DNA of 64,000 nt from Candidatus Latescibacterota bacterium (GTDB lineage Bacteria > Latescibacterota > UBA2968 > UBA8231), in the NCBI GenBank assembly GCA_965219385.1, contig CBDCNM010000002.1, positions 1,234,936-1,298,935 of the forward strand. The letters run 5' to 3'. Under the pieces are notes generated by a model. That model had not been told where the DNA came from. It did no database searches and was given only the letters and a program-made list of their open reading frames with translations. The translations under genes were made by a program, and so were the position numbers. Shown one piece after another: positions 60,161-64,000 of this stretch (its first letter is position 1; every line of letters begins with the position of its first letter).

Positions 60161-61330
60161 ATGAAAGTCACTGAAGTCAAAGTTCTGTCTGCTGACCGCT
60201 TCAACTACGTCAAGGTTGAGACCGACGAAGGAATCCACGGCATCGGAGAGTTGCACCCGGCGTCAGGCACAGGCGGCATACCGTTCTTGCCGAAGGCTGG
60301 AGTCCAGTATTGCGCCGAGTATCTCACCGGCAAAGACCCACTACACATCGAAAAGCATTGGCAGCACATGTTTCGTCGCTGCCTCTTCCGGGGTGGTTCG
60401 GATGTAATGGCCGCCATCGGCGCAATCGACATCGCGCTCTGGGACATCAAGGGCAAGGCGTACGGCAAGCCCGTCTACGAACTGCTCGGTGGGCCAACCC
60501 GAGACAAGATCAGGCTCTACACACACCTTGGCGGCTCAACGCCGGACGAGCTGGCAGAGCAGGCCAAGGCGCGGGTTGCCGAGGGCTTCACCGCCGTGCG
60601 GCTCTACCCGTTCGGCGACTTCAGTCCATCCGATTTCGAAGAGGGTCTAAGCCTTGAGGACATGAGCTTCACCGGCATGCAGCGTAACGCCGTGGAGCGA
60701 GTTGGCGCAGTCCGAGACGCCGTCGGCCCGGACATCGATGTGATGATCGACGTTGTGAACCGGTTGACTCCGGCTGAGGCCATCGCCGTCGGCCGTGCGC
60801 TGGAAAAATTAAACCTCTACTTCTTCGAGGATCCGATAGAGCCGGAGAATATGGACCAGTGGGAGCACGTGGCAGCGAATGTGCCAATGCCACTGGCGAT
60901 GGGTGAGCGGCTCTACACCATCTACCAGTTCCTGGACCTGCTAAACCACAAGGGCGCGGCGTTCGTGCGGCCTGACCTTTCGCTGGCGGGCGGGATCACG
61001 AACATCAAGAAGATCGCTGCCATCGCCGAGGCGAATTACGTCGGCGTAGTGCCACACAACCCGCTTTCCGCGGTGCTGACGGCAGGGTGTGTACATCTCG
61101 ATGCGGCGACGCACAACGTCCCGGTTCAGGAGTATCCCCATGACGATGCCAGCGGCGCGAAGGCGGACCTGGTAGACGAACCTATGAAGCGAGAGGGCGG
61201 CTACCTGTTAGTGCCGGACCGCCCGGGCATCGGAATCGAACTCAACGAAGAGGCGTTCGCCAGGTACCCGCCGTTGCCGTACCACCGCCCGGCACTGACT
61301 AACCCCGACGGGAGCCTGCGGGAATATTAG
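60161..61330 (+). CDS. Mandelate racemase/muconate lactonizing family acid-sugar dehydratase (DgoD-like)
   Basis: IDIALWDIKGK, FFEDP, MGER, RPD, PHNP, PGIGIE. Confidence 0.9.
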   Translation: MKVTEVKVLSADRFNYVKVETDEGIHGIGELHPASGTGGIPFLPKAGVQYCAEYLTGKDPLHIEKHWQHMFRRCLFRGGSDVMAAIGAIDIALWDIKGKAYGKPVYELLGGPTRDKIRLYTHLGGSTPDELAEQAKARVAEGFTAVRLYPFGDFSPSDFEEGLSLEDMSFTGMQRNAVERVGAVRDAVGPDIDVMIDVVNRLTPAEAIAVGRALEKLNLYFFEDPIEPENMDQWEHVAANVPMPLAMGERLYTIYQFLDLLNHKGAAFVRPDLSLAGGITNIKKIAAIAEANYVGVVPHNPLSAVLTAGCVHLDAATHNVPVQEYPHDDASGAKADLVDEPMKREGGYLLVPDRPGIGIELNEEAFARYPPLPYHRPALTNPDGSLREY

Positions 61331-61407
61331 CGCCGATGGTATAGGCGGAGCAATTCCGTGGGCAGCCTGAGGACGGAAGCAGACGACATAAGCCCTTTTA
61401 TCATTCA

Positions 61408-61494
61408 TGGTGCCGAAGGTGGGACTCGAACCCACACGGAGTTGCCCCCACTGGATTTTGAATCCAGCGCGTCTACCAGTTCCGCCACTTCGGC
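61408..61494 (-). tRNA. tRNA-Leu(CAA)
   Basis: Cloverleaf with long variable arm, anticodon loop TTCAAAA, encoded CCA; 3' end faces the IS-rich region. Confidence 0.96.
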
Positions 61495-61541
61495 CCCTCG
61501 AGTCCCCAAAAAATACACCCCACGACCCTTTCTGTAAACCC

Positions 61542-62060
61542 TCAGACCTCTTCCTCCCGCCGCTCGGATTTGGGCAAACCCAGGATCTCCGAGTAGACCA
61601 CGGCCTGGCGCGCCTTCTCGGGATCCAGCTTCCAGCTCCTTTTCCGGCGCTGCTTCCCGGTCCGGGCCTGCTCCTCCTGCTCCCGGGCCACCCTTTCGCG
61701 CACCAGCTTGTCCACCCGCTGCCGCGGCTGCACTTCCCGGGCCTGATGCTCCAACTCCTGGACCTTCTGCTGCATCTCCAGGGCGTGTTGTTCGGCGCTC
61801 CGGGCCTCCTGCTCCACCTCCCCGGAGCGCTCCGCTTGGGCGCGGCGCGGCTTTTTGGGTTCCAGGTCGAAAGGATCCATGGGAAAGGGCCAGCCCCCCA
61901 TTTCCTCCTCTTCCTCCTCCTCGACCTCCCGTTGCTGCTGGCGGGACTGGGATTGCTGCGGCGCCGTCTTCTGCTGGGCCCGTTGTTTGCGCTTGCGGCG
62001 CTCCATCAGGGCCGAGAACAGACTGAAAAGAACGAAGAGGACTAATATTAGTTGTTCCAT
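61542..62060 (-). CDS. Hypothetical membrane-anchored protein (YqfB-like)
   Basis: N-terminal TM helix, charged coiled region, C-terminal ARQAVVYSEILGLPKS; follows floA. Confidence 0.75.
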   Translation of the reverse strand: MEQLILVLFVLFSLFSALMERRKRKQRAQQKTAPQQSQSRQQQREVEEEEEEEMGGWPFPMDPFDLEPKKPRRAQAERSGEVEQEARSAEQHALEMQQKVQELEHQAREVQPRQRVDKLVRERVAREQEEQARTGKQRRKRSWKLDPEKARQAVVYSEILGLPKSERREEEV

Positions 62061-62070
62061 TTAACCCTGC

Positions 62071-63057
62071 TTACGAGCGGTCGTTGTCGTCCGCGGAAGC
62101 GTCCGAGATCGAATCCCGCATCCCGGTATCCGCCTGGATATTGCGCATCCGGTAGTAGTCCATGATCCCCAGGTTGCCGCTGCGGAAGGCCTCGGCCATG
62201 GCCCGCGGCACCTCGGCCTCGGCCTCCTTGACCCGCGCCGTCATCTCCTCCACCAACGCCGTCATCTCCTGCTCCCGCGCCTGCGCCATGGCCCGCCGCT
62301 CCTCGGCCTTGGCCTGCGCGATCTTCAGATCCGCATCCGCCTGGTCCGTCTGCAGCTTGGCGCCGATGTTATCGCCTACGTCCACATCGGCGATGTCGAT
62401 CGACAGGATCTCGAAGGCCGTGCCTGAGTCCAGCCCCTTGTCCAGCACCGTCTTGGAAATCACGTCCGGATTCTCCAGCACCTGCTTGTGGGTGTCCGCC
62501 GAACCGATCGAGGTCACGATGCCCTCGCCCACCCGGGCGATGATGGTCTCCTCGCCGGCGCCGCCCACCAGCCGGTCGATGTTGGCCCGCACCGTCACCC
62601 GGCAGGTGGCCTTGACCTGGATTCCGTCCTTGGCCACCGCCGCGATCAGCGGGGTGTTGATCACCTTGGGGTTGACGCTGACCTTGACCGCGTCGAGCAC
62701 GTCTCGGCCGGCCAGATCAATGCTGGCGGAACGCTCGAAGGTGAGGGGGATGTTGGCCTTGTCGGCCGAGATGAGGGCCAGGATCACGGCGTCGACATTG
62801 CCGCCGGCCAGGAAGTGGGCTTCCATGCGGTCCAGGTCCACGTCCAGGCCGGCCTTGTTGGCGCTGATCTTGGGCCGCACGATGACCTTGGGCGGTACCT
62901 TGCGCAGGCGCATGCCCACCAGATCCTTGAAGATGGCCACCTTGACCCCGGCGAAGTAGGCGCTGATCCACAGCCCTATGGGTACAAAGTAGGTGAACAG
63001 GGCCAGAAAGATGATGATCGCGAAAAGGATCAGCAGGAGAAAAATAACTGAAGGCAT
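62071..63057 (-). CDS. floA: Flotillin-like protein FloA (YqfA)
   Basis: [45 protein letters not shown]. Confidence 0.96.
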   Translation of the reverse strand: MPSVIFLLLILFAIIIFLALFTYFVPIGLWISAYFAGVKVAIFKDLVGMRLRKVPPKVIVRPKISANKAGLDVDLDRMEAHFLAGGNVDAVILALISADKANIPLTFERSASIDLAGRDVLDAVKVSVNPKVINTPLIAAVAKDGIQVKATCRVTVRANIDRLVGGAGEETIIARVGEGIVTSIGSADTHKQVLENPDVISKTVLDKGLDSGTAFEILSIDIADVDVGDNIGAKLQTDQADADLKIAQAKAEERRAMAQAREQEMTALVEEMTARVKEAEAEVPRAMAEAFRSGNLGIMDYYRMRNIQADTGMRDSISDASADDNDRS

Positions 63058-63090
63058 GGTTTCACCCTTCTTTTAAAAGTGGAAGAGTCC

Positions 63091-63591
63091 TTATACTCCG
63101 TTTTCACTACAGCGCTGCACCACCACCCGATTCCCCGCCACCTCCAGGACCGCCACCTCCTCACCGGTCTGCACGAAATCCCCTTCGGTGACCACGTCCA
63201 CGATCTCCTGACCGATCTGCACGCGCCCGGCCGGTCGCAAAGGCGTCAGGACTGCACCCCGGGCTCCCACCAGCTTCTCCATACCCGGCCGCGACGAATC
63301 ATAGCCCTGATCCCGGGTGGTCTCGCTCTCCAGCATCAGCCGCTGCCAGACGCGATTGCGCACCAGCAACCACACCATCACCACCGTGCCCGCCAGTCCC
63401 AGGGCACCGACCCCCACGGCGTGGAGCGGGCCCACCTGATAGGCCACGAACACCCCGGTGCACACCGTCAAAAAACCAACGACGCCAAAAATGTTGAACC
63501 CTGGAATGACAAAAATTTCCAGGAGGATCAGCACAAAACCCAAAACCAGCAGACCGAGGGCATAGAGCAACTCCGGACTAAGAAAACTCAT
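63091..63591 (-). CDS. Short NfeD-family membrane protein
   Basis: LEIFVIPGF, TPLRPAG OB-fold; start overlaps the upstream stop. Confidence 0.85.
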   Translation of the reverse strand: MSFLSPELLYALGLLVLGFVLILLEIFVIPGFNIFGVVGFLTVCTGVFVAYQVGPLHAVGVGALGLAGTVVMVWLLVRNRVWQRLMLESETTRDQGYDSSRPGMEKLVGARGAVLTPLRPAGRVQIGQEIVDVVTEGDFVQTGEEVAVLEVAGNRVVVQRCSENGV

Positions 63592-64000
63592 ACCGGCCTC
63601 ACTACCACCCGGCTGCCCCGGGCCTCGACGATCTTGATCCGGGTATGCTCCTCGATGAACTCCCCCTCGGCGATGATGTCCAGCCGCTTGCCCTCGAACG
63701 ATCCCACCCCCACCGGCCGCAAATCGCTCACGGCCACCCCCTCCAGGCCGACCAGTTCCTGGTCTTTTTCCCGCGGCGCCGAAACATACCCCTCGGACGC
63801 CCGGGTTTCGCTCCGCAGGATCAGGCGGTTGAAAGCAGCAAACCTGGGTAGGGCGCGCAGGAAGGCCACGGATAGCACAAAGGCGCCGATCATGGACCCG
63901 GCCAACACCCCCACCTTCTCGGAGATCTCCGCCACGTTCCACAACTCGAAATCCGGACCGGGATCGCCCAGCTGACTCATCAGCAAACTCGCCCCCATCA
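63588..64000 (-). CDS. NfeD-family protein, C-terminal part (runs off the right edge)
   Basis: TM helix followed by G.AVSDLRPVG...GEFIE OB-fold. Confidence 0.85.
   Translation of the reverse strand, partial: MGASLLMSQLGDPGPDFELWNVAEISEKVGVLAGSMIGAFVLSVAFLRALPRFAAFNRLILRSETRASEGYVSAPREKDQELVGLEGVAVSDLRPVGVGSFEGKRLDIIAEGEFIEEHTRIKIVEARGSRVVVRPV

Noticed and set aside
61408..61440. att-site duplication of the tRNA-Leu 3' end and an integrase
   Set aside because: I found no second copy by eye and no tyrosine or serine recombinase ORF, so the region is not called an integrative element.

Overview
Bacterial chromosomal window, GC-rich and probably from a diderm. An FCB-type lineage such as Latescibacterota/PAUC34f is my unverified guess from gene content and an unusual 16S. 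Positions 1-37.2 kb are core genome with intact reading frames. On the minus strand: recA copy 1 (partial), pgpA, pgsA, recR, dnaX, a large Alu-domain SRP RNA, three tRNAs, tadA, a carbamoyltransferase/SxtJ-like pair, ilvE, a probable beta-barrel protein, the yebC-ruvCAB-tsaB-rimI-msmX-holB-rsmA run, an EF-G paralog, a complete rRNA operon (16S-tRNA-Ile-23S-5S) and pyrB. On the plus strand: lysA, then rho-rpmE-DUF1385-prfA-prmC-radA and recA copy 2, which has an SOS-box-like operator. Positions 37.7-61.4 kb form a decayed, IS-rich accessory region ending at the 3' end of tRNA-Leu(CAA). It holds IS3, ISKra4-like, IS630, several IS5-like and IS91/ISCR elements (some nested) plus many pseudogenes. 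Its most interesting part is an AT-richer, defence-like module at 52.8-58.4 kb. A CARF/RtcR-like sigma54 activator is followed directly by a consensus -24/-12 promoter and two small ORFs missing from the ORF track (a 53-aa basic protein and a 24-aa hydrophobic peptide), then an ABC-type ATPase and a PLD-like protein split by an IS5. The window ends with an nfeD-nfeD-floA operon. No CRISPR array or integrase was seen.
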